Shown: positions 51,395 through 64,000, counted from the stretch's first letter. The stretch is DNA of 64,000 nt from Squalus acanthias (GCA_030390025.1 CM059435.1:18476001-18540000), one strand, 5' to 3'. Notes: generated by a model from the sequence alone, not told the origin. Program-made: numbers and translations.

Positions 51395-54354
51395 GGGTAG
51401 AAATTGGTATGCCTTGCACCCATTTATTTAGCAGTGGGACGGTCTGTGCCCAATCTGTGAAGGCGGTTGGCCCACTGCTAAATTAGTCAGGCCCATTTTT
51501 TATGGGAGCCTCTTAAAAAAGGCATTAGGCCCCTTGCAATTTATTAATTAGGAGCCCAACGCCTGTTAAAGGACCCCTCTACAAAATGTGATTCCAATGA
51601 GCGGGGTAACCTGCCTCGCTCAGGACTCTTCATCAGCCCTGCGGCCACCAATTGAAGGTAAGTACTGCCCGACTCCACATTCATTATAATTGCCCCACCC
51701 TCCCTCTCCCCCTCATTGTAGCCCGCTTCAACCCCTTTCCCAGAACTTACATTTGAGCCGCTACTGGCAAGGTAAAGGTCCCGACATTCTTGATCTGCGG
51801 TTTTGGGAAAGTATAAACTGTGGATGATAACAGAAGGACACCAAAATTATTTGCCTCCTGTTCATCACCAAAAACTATTAGATATCTAAGCCTAGAAATT
51901 ACTATTGGTGATTTTAGCAGATGAACACAACATGCTCATATGACATTTCTCTGTCTGCTATAATAACTGAGATGATAATCTATTTAAATAATGTGTTAAA
52001 ATAGTGAACAGAAGAATGTTGTATGAATACATTAAACATTCAGCAGCTAATATCGCCACCATTAATTACTAAGCTATAATGAGTTACATTGTACATAGCA
52101 ACTCAACTGTTCTATAATGTTATTGTTCTGAAGCATCTGGTGGAGGTATGTCAAGCCATGCAGAACACCCTGGAGAGTTTGGAAGTCCAGCAGGTATCTC
52201 TGGCAACAAGGTGTTAGGAAGATGTTCAAAGGGCAGTAGTGGCTTCTGGAAGGGAAGCTATGACTAATGCAATAGATGTCTTATGGATCAGCCTTAACAG
52301 TAACAATTCACTGGCCTTCCTGGAAATTATTGGGCCAACTTTTAGTCTATTTTCACATGATCCAATAGATCCACTGAGCCCATACCCAGTACCAATGAAA
52401 TGCAAGTTGTGATTATCACTATCCTGAGAGTCAGAGATAGCCATTATGAGGCTATATCCTTCCAGTGCCCTCTAATGCTAGTACATGAGAGAGCTTCAGG
52501 AGTGGGTCCAGCCGTCTTGTAATCTCAACAGAAAAAGAGCTGGAATTAGGCCCTTCAAAGTCAGCATCATTGAGACATGCGCCACCTCAGTCCACAAATC
52601 TCCAACAGAAATTTCCTAGCCAACCCACCAGTTAGTAGCACCCTTTCCTCTGAGTTAGAAGGTTGTGGGTTCAAGTCCCACTCCAGAGACTTGAGCACAA
52701 AAATCTAGCCTGACACCCCAGTGCAGTGCTGAGGGAGTGCTGCACTGTCGGAGGTGACGTCTTTCAGATGAGCCATTAAACTGAGGCACCGTCTGCCCTC
52801 TCAGGTGGACATAAAAGATCCTATGGCACTATTTCGAAGAAGAGAAGGGGAGTTATCACCTAGCCAATACTTATCCCTCGATCAACATCACTAAACCAGA
52901 TGATCTGGTCATTATCACATTGCTGTTTGTGGGAGCTTGCTGTGCGCAAATTAGCTGCCACATTTCCTACATTACAACAGTGACTACACTTCAAAAAACG
53001 TGCTTCATTAGCTGTAAAGCACTTTGGGATGTCCAGTGGTTGTGAAAGACTTTATATAAATGCAAGTCTTTCTTTCTTTCTTAACCTCCTGTCATTCAAG
53101 GAGCACCATGTAGAAGTAATAAGTTAGGAACACGAGTTAACAAGATTTTAGACACAAGGATGGACATAATGGTAAGAATTAGAAGTAATTAGATGTGAAT
53201 ATCTGTTATTAGTAAACTTGAAAATGGTCTGCCAAAGTTTGTGACTTATTTTGTTGCCATATCTGGACCTCTGTTCCTAATGGTGAGATTGTAAGAGAAG
53301 GAATTCTGTATTGTTATGGGGGATTGTGCTGAGTATTGAGCAATTGAGGAGGCTCATTCAGTTGATCATGGTCATAGATGAAGACCATGATTGATAATTA
53401 TTGGAAAAGTTAATAATTTGCAGCCATTTCTCACAAGCTGTTGGCAATTGCTTTCTGGCCACCTTCTCATCTCCCTTCCGAACAACCTACACATGATCAG
53501 TTGATACTCTGTGGAATGAGTAACGGTCAGACATTGAGGCCTTCTGTAACATCTTGCTCTCCTTACTTCCATCTTCTCTCCTCCTCCCCATCCTCCTCAT
53601 CTCCTCATTACAGAGGAACAATGATTTAAAATAGGGAAATCCATTACTATCCCCAGAATGTTTTAAGTACTCATTGTAAGGTTTCTAAGATGTGAAACTG
53701 CTTTAGAAGATCAGAGTCCCTTTCAGACCTGGAGGTTTAAAGCATTGCCTGTAGCTAATGCCGCCACTCTACTTCATTGCCTCAGGGATACGGTACTCCT
53801 CTTACTCATGCCATATTTTTCATGATGTTATTTCCTGGGAGCGGTATATGGATAGAAACAAAGGTATTTAGTGGAGTCACCAAACTACGCCCTTCCGTCT
53901 CCATTTACATGACAGGGTGGTCTCAGGGTGGGCAGTTTCATTGACTGGTGGGTTCCCAAGAGGAATATTTTGTTTTGGGGGCCCTTGCCATCAAATTTTC
54001 CTTCAACTAGAGTTGGTACAATGCTCCTTCTTGAGCTATTGTATTGAGCGATTTGAACTCGTTTTCAGCGATTTGCCCTTAGTGCCTAATTCCAGAGCGC
54101 TCTTTCCAAATCTGTTTTCTGACGAATTCCTCTCTATTCTTATGTGGCCTTACAGACAATACCTACATTCCTTTCCCTTCATATGACCACTTGCCAATTT
54201 AATCAGGCCATCTCCCTGCATCCAAACCACAGACAGTACATAATACACGCAACTTTTTCTCAGAACTTGACTGAAACCAACGGAAATTAAAATCGGTTGG
54301 TTTCTATAACAAGTGGCTGATCCGCTACATCAGCAACAAGTTGAAAATCTACCC
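51395..54354. mobile_element. Possible highly decayed Harbinger-like element(s)
   Basis: GGGTAGAAATT at the left and AAAATCTACCC at the right. Interior has no clear ORF. Confidence 0.3.
52628..53082 (+). mobile_element. SacSINE1/Deu-like SINE
   Basis: tRNA head GGTTCAAGTCC, Deu-like block (gatgag..ttaaac.gagg...gtggac.taaaagatcc.atggcactatt), L2-like tail with (TTTC)n. Confidence 0.8.
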
Positions 54355-55321
54355 TTATAGTTACTCAAAAACTGCAAATTGCTGATACTATCTACTGATT
54401 TTGGATTTTCAGATTTTCACTTTTTTACTACTACAGTGGCTCCTGGTCCACCAACGCTTGATTTTAAAATTCTTATCCATGTGTTCAAATCCCTCCATGG
54501 CTCTGTCACTCCATATCTCTGGAAGCTCTTCCAGCCCTATTGCCCTACAAGAACTCTGCGTTCCTCCAACTCTGGCCTCTTGTGTATCCCCACACTCCCT
54601 TCGCCTTACCATTGGCGGTTGTGCCTTCAGCCATATTGTCCCTAAGCTCTGAAATTCTCTCCCGAAGTCACTCCAGCTCTCTCTCCTCCTTTAAGACACA
54701 TCTTATTGGCCCGTATTTTCCGATGCCTACGGGTGTGTACGAGGTGTGTACACACCCGTTGGGACATCGAAAATGCCAGTTTCAGGCATGCGAAGCGCAT
54801 GCGCTGAAAACCGGCATTTCCGATCTGTCAAGAATGCTCTTGACAGATTGGACGCCTGCCCTGGAGAAGGGCCTCTGCGGGGGGAGAGTTCCGCTTTCTG
54901 TAGAACCTCCGCCCGCTGAGAATCCTTAGAAATCTTATGCCTGCTTTTACCAGCATATGAGGGGGAAAAATTCAGTATCGTCCCGTTTGGGGCGCCATTA
55001 TCGGCCGTGTGCAAAGTTTAGCACCTGGCGCTAATTATCGCCTCCGACTGCAAACTTGACTTTTATCGCCCCTGGAGGTGATTGGAGTGCTAAATCAGGC
55101 ACTACACACCTGTCTTAAGGCGCAAAGGCCGAGGAGCGAGGCGCTAGCTCAGAGCGCTGGCGCAACGCAGGTGCTGTCAGTTAGTGATGGAACACAGACA
55201 CACTGGCGCCGGACAGTTCTTAAAGGGGAGGGTCGATCTTGCTCTCCAGCCACACCCTGCTCATTGGAGCCTTGAATCTCGGCCTGGAGAGACCTGTGCC
55301 TAAATCTTCCAGCCAAGGACT

Positions 55322-57237
55322 ATGGAGAGGGTGAGAGAACGAGCTCAGCGCTTCAGCGAGTGGGCCTTGGAGGCTCTGGTTGGCGCGGTGGAGCACAGAA
55401 GATCAATACTGTACCCTGAGAGTGGCAGGAGGCCTTTGCCGCGCGAGTACAGAAGAGTGTGGAGGGAGGTGGCTCAGAGCATCTCCTCCAGGAGCATGGT
55501 GCCCAGGACCCATACTCAATGTCGAAAAAAGTTCAACGACCTCACTCGGGTCATCAGGGTGAGTGGCTTTTTTTCAATACCTCTCCATCCCTCCATCTCA
55601 ACCTCACTCTATGGCCAGAGGATCTTAAAACCCCAATGCCCAACACTCATCCAACACCTATGGCCCTCTCATGAAACACACATGCACATTCCACACTTTG
55701 CATACAGTAAGGGCTATTCACCTATGGGAGGCACATCAGGCAAGACCATGGCTGCATACAGTAAGGGCTATTCAATTATGGGAGGCACATCAGGCAAGAC
55801 CATGGCTGCATACAGTAAGGGCTATTCACCTATGGGAGGCACATCAGGCAAGACCATGGCTGCATACAGTAAGGGCTATTCAACTATGGGAGGCACATCA
55901 GGCAGGACCATGGCTGTATATTTACTCCGACGCCGCCCTTTTTCTTGCAGGCAAAGCTACCTCATAACAGGAGACAGCAGCAACGGATGGGTGGAGGGCG
56001 GCCTCAGCTGCAATCCCTCAGCGATCTTGAGGCGCGCGTCCACAGGATTGTGGCAAGCCAGATGATCGGTCCCGTCGCCCCTGGAGAGGCCAACCCCGTT
56101 CTGGACAGCAATGGTAAGGTCATCACCTTTTTCTCCTCTCTCCTTCCACTTATCCCTCACAACACCAGCCTTTGACACTTTCAATCCAACTTACTAAATC
56201 GCTGCATTCATTCCTCCCTTACTGCCCCCCTGTCCTCACGCTAAAGCCACTCTTGTACCTCCCTGCTTTCAGATGGTGATTCACCAGCTGAGGAGACGGG
56301 CCCTCAAGCTGCCAGTGGGAGTGAAGCTGCAGGCGAGGAGGAAGATGAAGCCGGAGCATCAGCACCACCCTCTCCCGAGGAAGCCCATGCCCACACTGGG
56401 AACACGCCTTCCCTGGAGGGGAGCAGGGGGGAAGGGTCTGATGAGGGTGAAGCTCCAGGACCCAGCGGGCTGCAGCAACGCGATGGGAGTAGGGAAGCTC
56501 GGGGGCCTTCTCCCCGGAGGGAGAGTATGCCAGCGACTCCTACTGCACTGGACGCAGAGGAGGAGCAGCTCATCGCTGAAATGAACACCCAGGCGGTGGA
56601 CATGCACACTGAGCTCATGGGTGCAGTGGGAAGGGTGCCCGAATGCATTGAATCACTGGCAAGGAGTGTGGAGCACTCCGCTGTAGCACAGGCGGATGCC
56701 ACGCTAAAGCTTAGTGCTGCAATTCAGTCACTGGCTGCCATGACCCCATCTCTGACTGCTCTCATGCAGACTCAGAGTGAGGTCACGCAGGCACTGACTG
56801 CTGGTTCGGACACATTTCCCCGGGGCTCTCACCACGCCGCAGCAGGCCAGCAATCTGTGGTCCAGCAGATTGCTCCGGATGCTGAAGTGCTGCCCCGTGG
56901 GAGTGCCAGTGTGTCAGTCGAGCAGGGAGTTGCTGTCCTCTCTCAAGATGACAGCATTCCTGCTGCCACCACTGTCACTTCCCCATTGCACTTGCCACCG
57001 CCTGTAGGCCAGACTGCTGCCGCCCATGCAGAGTTGGTGCAGTCTGCAGCCCGGCCCTCCAGGCCCAGAGCTGGTCGAGGCCGTCCTTCAAGGGCATCTG
57101 TAGTCTCAGGTTCTGACAATCAGCAGCCTTCCACCAGCCTTGCTGCAGCCACTGGGGCCCCATTACGGAGGAGCAGTAGGGTGGGAACGGGGGAAGTGCG
57201 CAAGGGAAGGAGATCACCCTCGAAGGGCAAAAAGTAG
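55322..57237 (+). CDS. Harbinger Myb/SANT-like protein, predicted intact, 454 aa (exons 55322-55558, 55951-56113, 56273-57237)
   Basis: GT-AG sites gtgagt/ttgcag and gtaagg/tttcag; 237+163+965=1365 nt read without an internal stop. Confidence 0.85.
55700..55915 (+). repeat. 4 x 54-bp tandem array in Myb intron 1 (copy 2)
   Basis: Same unit as 14674-14889. Confidence 0.97.
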
Positions 57238-57548
57238 GAGGTGTGACAAAATGTTTGTCAATTTTTTATTAAAGGCCGAGGTTCGTGGTCAAACTTTTGT
57301 TTAGTGTTTTGGACATTATCTCCAGGTTGTGAGAACCAGTTATGTTAATGACTGTTTTTTTGTGTTTCTTTCTGTTAGTTTGTCATGAAGAAATGACACA
57401 CACAGAGTTTGTAAAATAAATAATTTTTTGCATTCAAAATATACATGTTTGGTCTTTGGAATCATTGTTGCCTTGGCCAGCTTAGGGGTTGCGGGTTGGT
57501 TTCATTCATGTTGTTCTCAATGGCAGAAGCCATTTCCTCAGCAGGTGC

Positions 57549-58709
57549 CTAGAAGCGGCTTGCTATCAGCCATTGACGGATGGCCCTTCCAGTTTCAACA
57601 TTGTGGGCCTCCCTCCCACCTTGGTGTTGCTGCTGATCATCCTCCTCCTCTTCCTTCTTCTCTTCCTCCTCCTCCTCCTCCTCCTCCGGTGGTGCTCCAA
57701 GGCCTGGTGGCATTGGCTGGGTCCTGAGGATTGCCAGGTTATGCAGCATGCAGCACACAACTATGAAGAGGGAGACTCACTCAGGCGAGTACTGCAGGGC
57801 TCCTCCTGAGTGGTCCAGACAGCGGAACCGTTGCTTGAGCATGCCGATTGTGTGCTCAACGATGTTCCTGGTGGCGAGATGGCTCTCGTTGTACCGCAGC
57901 TCAGCAGGGGTGTTGGGGGAACGGAGCGGTGTCATCAGCCAGGTGCACAGTGGATAACCATTGTCCCCGAGAAGCCAACCACTTGGGTGATGCGGTGCCT
58001 GGAAAAGGTCTGCCACAGTAGTCTGGCGTAGGATGAATGCATCGTGGCTGCTGCCAGGATAGCGGGCATTGACAGCGAGTATCAGCTGTCTGTGGTCACA
58101 GACCAACTGGACGTTTAGGGAGTGGAATCCCTTTCGGTTGCGGAAATCCTCTGCATTCTCATGTGGTGCACGCAATGCCACATGCGTGCAGTCAATGGCG
58201 CCCTGCACCATGGGGAAGCCCGTTATCCTCGCAAAGCCCAATGCGCGTTCATGCTGTTTGGCCCGGGTCATCGGGAAAGAGATGAACTGTCGTCTCCTTT
58301 TATAGAGGGCATTTGTGACCTGACGGATGCAGCAATGGACAGCGAACTGGGAGATATTGGCGATGGCCCCAGTAGCTGCTTGAAAGGAGCTGGTGGTATA
58401 AAAGTTCAGAGCCACTGTGATCTTCACTGCCACCGACAGAGACATCCTGGACCTCAGTAGAGGCTGCAGATCTGGCTGCAGCAGGTGGCAGAGCTCAGTG
58501 ACCACCTCCTTGCTGAAGCGCAGCCTTCGCAAACACTACATATTAATGTAGGGGAATTGTTGGTGAAATACCCTGGGAGGGGAAGGTCTCCTGTACAGAG
58601 GCCTGTTGGCCCTCCTCTGTCTGGCCATGATTGCCACTCTCTCTCTGCGTCTCTGTGGCCTCCGAATCTGCCGGCGCAGGACGACGCCCCCAATCAGTGC
58701 AGCCCCCAG
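57549..58709 (-). pseudogene. Harbinger transposase, disabled
   Basis: Start-equivalent codon is CTG, 9-nt deletion with TAG at 58536-58538, TGA at 57777-57779. DDE motifs otherwise present. Confidence 0.9.
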
Positions 58710-60283
58710 AGTCTCTTGGCAATCAAAGTAATGAAGGTGAAAAACAAAAGTACCTGCAAAGTGATGCTCAGTAGCCAAAACTACTTCACACAGCGTTGAC
58801 TCTGTGCAGAAGTCTCTCCTTCTCTCTCTCAGAATCTCTCTCTCTGTCAGAACGAGTGGTGCAAAAATGTCTACCACAGAAAAAGCCAGGAAGAGGCCGT
58901 GTTTAAATAGCACCCCCCCCAGCCCCACAGCGACTGGGAAATGTTCCAGTCTACCTGTCGTTGCTTACGCCAGGCGGAAAGGAGGGGGGCGCCACTCAAT
59001 ATCCGCTCCGGGGCGCCACAAGGGCGTTGCATATTCAAATGACGTCAAGATCTGCGTATGCAGGAGATCGGGGCGGTATTGTTTAGCGCTGCCGCAAAAT
59101 GTCTGGTCAATTTCGCGAGCGGCGCAGATATCGCCGCGCCCGGGCGCTAGTTGCTTTGCACCCCATTAGCGCCCTCTTAAGGTGCTAACGGGAGGCGCAA
59201 ACCAACTGAATTTTTCCCCCTCAAAAGGTTAAAAAAATAATTTTTTTCGCTCATTTATAATTTAAAAATCCTTTAAAAAAAGGTAAGTTTGTTTTTAGCC
59301 CCGTAAAAAACTTTAATTATTTTTCAAAAAATTAAATTTTTGTTTAGAATATTTAATTTAATGTAATTTTAACTCATTTTAAAAACGTGATGGTTTTTAA
59401 AAAAATTATTTAATGTTTTAGTGTGTTTTTGGGGTGATCTCCATTCATACTTTTGACAGGTCTATCTGTCAAAAGTATGACAGGAGATTCCCTTCTTTCA
59501 TTGGCTAGCCTGGCCCATGTGATCCCAGGGACGCTTGCGAACCACCTGCGCCTCTGGGATACGTGGGCCCTGCGCATTTCGACTGAGGAGAGGCCCAGGA
59601 GCGGAAGGGTCCGGACCCCTGGAGCCCTCAGGTAAGTGCGTAGATTTTTTTCCGATAGGAGACATCCGCACTCAGGAAGCCTCCTATCGGAAATTACGGG
59701 CCAATGTCTCATTCGTTGGCCCTGTGTCAATTTTTGTCTGATTATGCTTCTGTGAAGCGCCTTGGGACGTTTTCCTGTGTTAAAGGCACTATATAAATAC
59801 AAGTTGTTGTTATAGTAAACACAAACAAATAGACCGTAAGCACATTCCACCTTTTTTATCACATCTACTTTTTCATTAAAATGATCAAGCAAAGGAAAAT
59901 TTGGCCTTTAAAATACATTACCATGGAAACCGTATGAACAAGCCATTGTTTAATATGTAACACATGCTCCCACGAGAAAGGCTTGATCACAGGCCAAATG
60001 TGCAGGATAAACCTCTCTGGGTAAAAGAACATTCCTTAGAGATCATTCAAAGAATGATCACTTTTGAAGAATTACTAATAAATTATAGAAATATGTAATT
60101 TAGTCAAGCTATTCAAAATGCCATATATTGCTTTGAATCCTATAACACAAGCATGCTACACTTTCAAACCAGAAAATCAGGTTCAGATCAGCTGGATATC
60201 AGGTGGGGAGGTACAAATCGTTAACTGAAACCTAAATTCATTCAAGTGCTCATCTGTAGCGACAGTACTGCAGCCATTAAGGT

Positions 60284-60723
60284 GTCAGCCTTGCCTCAGT
60301 GGTAACATTCTTGCCTCTGACTCAGAAAAGTTGTGGATTCAAGCCCCACTCCAGAGATTTGAGCACATAATACAGGCTGACACTTCAGTGCAGTACTGAG
60401 GGAGCTCCGCCACACTGTTGGAGGTGCCATCTTTCGGATGAGACACGAAACCAAGTGGACTTAAAAGATCTCACGTACTATTTGAAGAAGAGCAGGGGAG
60501 TTCTCCCCAGTGTCCTGGCCAGTATTTATCTCTGAACAAACATCACTAAAACAGGTTATCTGGTCGTTATCTCATTACTGCTTGTGGGGCATTGCTGCGT
60601 ACAAATAGGCTGCCATGTTACCTACATTACAACAGCGACTTAATTGTCACAAGTACTTAACTGGCTGTAAAGTGCTTTGGGATGTCCTGAGGTTCGGCAA
60701 GGCGCTATATAAAGTTCTTTCTT
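60284..60723 (+). mobile_element. SacSINE1/Deu-like SINE
   Basis: Colinear with 52628-53082. Confidence 0.8.
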
Positions 60724-61219
60724 GCATTAAAGCAGTTTTGTGCTACAGCAAGAGAAATGGACAACACTGAGGGCCTTGTCAAGCACTTCTTCACCTGCAT
60801 CTAACCAGATTTTGAACAACATAGCCCACGTGGAATACAATCTGATAAATATATAATCCATAAAAATGTCGCTTCACTTCTCCAAATAAGAGCCTTTAAT
60901 ATTGTGTGAAAAATACAGCTTTGCAAGAAATCTACTTACGTAGTCCTATTGCTAAAAGGAGGAACAGAGGGCAGGGAATCTGCAACTTGCCATGGTCAGT
61001 GTGGGTTTCTTGGGCTCACCGTTTGAACTTTGGTTATTGATAAGCAAACTGTTTATGGATTAAATTAAGTTCCTTCATATTACAAAAAATAGATTGTGTT
61101 AAAATGATGCGCTGCACTACATCGGGCTTTGGATCCTTGGGCACAATAAGCAAGGAGCTTGTTGAGCCTCCGATTTTTGAATGACTGTGTTTGACCTGAA
61201 ACTGACATTCCTGTGGCAG

Positions 61220-61316
61220 AAAAACGGAAAATGCTGGAAATACTCAGCAGGTCAGGCAGCATCTGTGGAGAGAGAAACAGAGTTAACGTTTCAGGTCGAG
61301 GACCTTCCGTCAGAAT
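61220..61316 (-). mobile_element. Penelope pLTR fragment with mutated hammerhead core
   Basis: Minus strand reads CTGACGG-AAGGTC-CTC-GACCT-GAAACGTT; same family as 24078-24178. Confidence 0.7.
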
Positions 61317-64000
61317 TATTCCCGTGGCTTCATTTTGCCTACTGTTTATCGGAGTTACTTCATTTTGGAGCACAGGAACTATGATGCATAAGATATGAGG
61401 TATCTGCTTAATAAGAGGGTGTCAGAGCTCAAAGCTCTGTGCCCTTATATTGCACCAGCATAGATTCTTTCACTTAAACCAAACTTTCAGTGGTTTTCAA
61501 TTTATATATCTTTGATAGTTTTATAAAGGGAAAACAAGGGTGATACACAGAAAACAGTGGAAGATTTCACTTGTCTGAAGGGTTTAAGTAAAGACATAAG
61601 TGTTTCACTTTTGTTAGCTAATACTTCAGAGTTATTACATTTGGTGTGATTTAATAACTATTGTAACAATCAATTCTTACAGCTGGGAACCATCAAAGTC
61701 TGATATTCATTAACAGCTCATCAAGCCTCATTTGTAATCTTTGGCCACCATTTTGATTGAAGGGGGTGAAAATTGGTTGTTGACTTCAACCAACTGTAGT
61801 CTTTAGTCACCTGATGAATCCCAGCTATGAAGTGGTATATTTGAGTATTGGAAAACATGATCTTCATGTGTATTTTTAGATGGTTCATCTTAAAAGGTTC
61901 ATTAATTTCTATTTCAGTGTGATTTTGAATCACTGTGACAATAGTTTATGGAATTCATTGCGTTAACGCAGAGGTATAAAAGTACATTGAGCTGGTTGAA
62001 AATGGTGACATTGATATAATTTTAATGCCACCAATCTCCTTGGCTAATACAGTATCACTGAAATGGTAAGAATACTCGAGTTACGCTGGCCAGCTCTTGC
62101 CTCTAAGAGCAGGGTTTCCTAGTTTTCTTTTAATACAGTTCTTCTTTATTGACAGACACAAGTCTTAAATAACTAAATATTTGAAAGCTTTAAAAAATGT
62201 TAATTGAATTGGCACCAAATCAGCAAATACTGCTTCTCAACCTCCAAACAGAGCGAGATGTAGATCTTAAAACTGACAAACAGATGGCTAAAGTTTAGCA
62301 TAATTATTGTTCCTGCACAGAATGTTTCAAGCAGTGGTGTGAGTTGAGAGATTGAGGAGTATGGCAATAACAAGCATATGTTTTCTTTATATTAAATCTG
62401 TTCCCTGAATTATAGGAGCAGATTTTTCTTGATCTTGCTTTCTATATGGTGATGGCATTTCTACTTACATCAGAAAACTCTCTGCAGGCTGTCTTGGGAG
62501 TACCTGGTACCTACTAAAACTAAGATCAAAGGTTGTCCCAGGATTGGACCTTCCATTTTAAGTAGTAACATTACATTTTAAAATTTGTAATCTAAATTTT
62601 AAGAAGTTCTTTTTAATTTGGGAAGTAAGTCTGAAAATACACTGCAAAACCATGGCAGATTTTCCATGAGCGTTAAAACAATAATGTTTGTTTTTATTGT
62701 GTTCTGGCACCCTTCTGGATCACACAGTGTCCTCAGTTGAGTCAAGCTCAATTGGAGCAAGCACGCCAAAAACAGTAGGGAAGGTGGGGAATCAGTCCTA
62801 CCAGTGGCAGGATCTGTTTTGGCTTTTAAGAGGTGTGGGCATGCCGTTGTCCAGGATCTGCGAACTGCTGGACGCAAGGTCGGAAAATAGGTGTCAAAAA
62901 TGCCACTTGCCCTACTTGTCTGCCCTTGTCTACCAGTGTTATTTTGTACCTGTCGATCCTGTGAAGTCCTGATTTCCATTACCGATGTCACTATCCCAGT
63001 TTCTCCTGCCGCATATACACCGAATCTATTCCTAGTGAGGATAGATCTATTTCAAATCACAGGGTAAGCTGGCATCGAGTTTGCTTCGTGTAACCAGCCT
63101 ACACTTACTGTGGGAGAATAAACCTTTTCACTTTGCAGGAATTTCTGAGAAAGCTACAACATAAATAGGGTGAAGACACCAACAACAGTTGGACAGGTAG
63201 TGGACTCAGATACATGAGCAGCCAAGCAGGGCACTTGGACACGCTTAAGGTAAGAGGGCACAAGTGGGGCTTGAATAGTTATTCACCATCATGAAAAACG
63301 TGGAGAAGGTGGTTTTGAGCATTCTGGACAGAAATAGGGTGGAAAGCAAATGGATATTGGACTCAGGGAATCTATCTGCCATTTGATGCCAGGAAATTCA
63401 CACATGTACAACAAAAACGGATTCTAGGATTTTAGTTCCTGCTGTTGCTATTTATGTAAGCCACAAAGTCGACAGAATGGTGCCTGAAGTAAAATCACAC
63501 ACAATAAAAAGTAATAAAGAATCATTTAAAGCAGCAAAATTAAATATCCACACTCAAATTATGCTTTACAGTATTTCTGTTTACAAGTTCTTAGAAGGAA
63601 CCGTTCAGAGGCACAGGGGAGGACTGCAGACAGTAGGCTTTACGTATCCAGTCTTTCCCCCTTTCATCAATCAAATTGGCAGAAGGTCAAAAGTTGCAAT
63701 TGAGGCTCATTAACCCACCAGTACTGAAGTGGCATTTTGAGTTCAACATTCAAACATGACAATACCAACGTTTATTAACTGATCGCAGTCAAACAAAACT
63801 TATTAGTCTCATAAAGCCGTGTGTGAGTATTTGGTCTAGTGTACACTAAAATAAAGCAATTACAATACTGTACATCCACTCATATTAACCATGTTTCATC
63901 AACAAGCCCCCCCCCTGCTTGTCCATGACGGACATAATTAAGTAACATAAGTAACTCGGATACCAAATGTCAGCAAATCACAAACACATGGGCTCCGAGC

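Larger units (their letters stand above)
54961..59220 (-). mobile_element. Full-length PIF/Harbinger DNA transposon, copy 2 (inverted relative to copy 1)
   Basis: TIR GGGGGAAAAATTCAGT / ACTGAATTTTTCCCCC, flanks TGA/TCA, colinear with 11283-15624. Confidence 0.95.
54708..59702. mobile_element. MITE (54708-54960 and 59221-59702) interrupted by Harbinger copy 2
   Basis: TIR GGCCCGTATTTTCCGAT / ATCGGAAATTACGGGCC; shares an internal palindrome with 20583-21322. Confidence 0.82.
54430..59811 (+). mobile_element. L2 3' fragment (54430-54704 and 59703-59811) hosting a MITE and Harbinger copy 2
   Basis: DFKIL..VFKSLHG and IGGCAFS translation; tail ...tatataaatacaagttgttgtt. Confidence 0.75.

Noticed and set aside
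60730-64000. Host coding exons (e.g. ORFs 62599-62991, 62688-62972)
   Set aside because: No recognisable protein similarity or consistent splice chain; short exons cannot be excluded without RNA data.

Overview
Eukaryotic, repeat-dense, probably intronic or intergenic DNA. It is most likely from a cartilaginous fish (shark), inferred from HE1-like and SacSINE1/Deu-like SINEs plus CR1/L2 LINEs. I recognise no host protein-coding exon. Main content: (i) a near-complete CsRn1-clade Gypsy LTR retrotransposon (11118-19827, minus, ATGT TSD, tRNA-Trp PBS) inside an old CR1, with its 3' LTR split by a 4.3-kb Harbinger; (ii) a second full-length Harbinger of the same family (54961-59220), an internal-deletion derivative (33673-34565) and many Harbinger-type MITEs; (iii) a Penelope-like GIY-YIG element with a ~520-bp inverted arm and hammerhead motifs, plus small hammerhead-bearing relatives; (iv) CR1, L2 and SINE copies. 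The best leads are the complementary lesions of the two Harbingers (one keeps the transposase, the other the 3-exon Myb gene), an in-frame 54-bp array in the Myb intron, a 185-bp hairpin insertion with a hammerhead core in its loop, and an excess of AGGTAAGT sites in MITEs. None is a demonstrated new system. All coordinates were read by eye and family names come from recall, not database searches.
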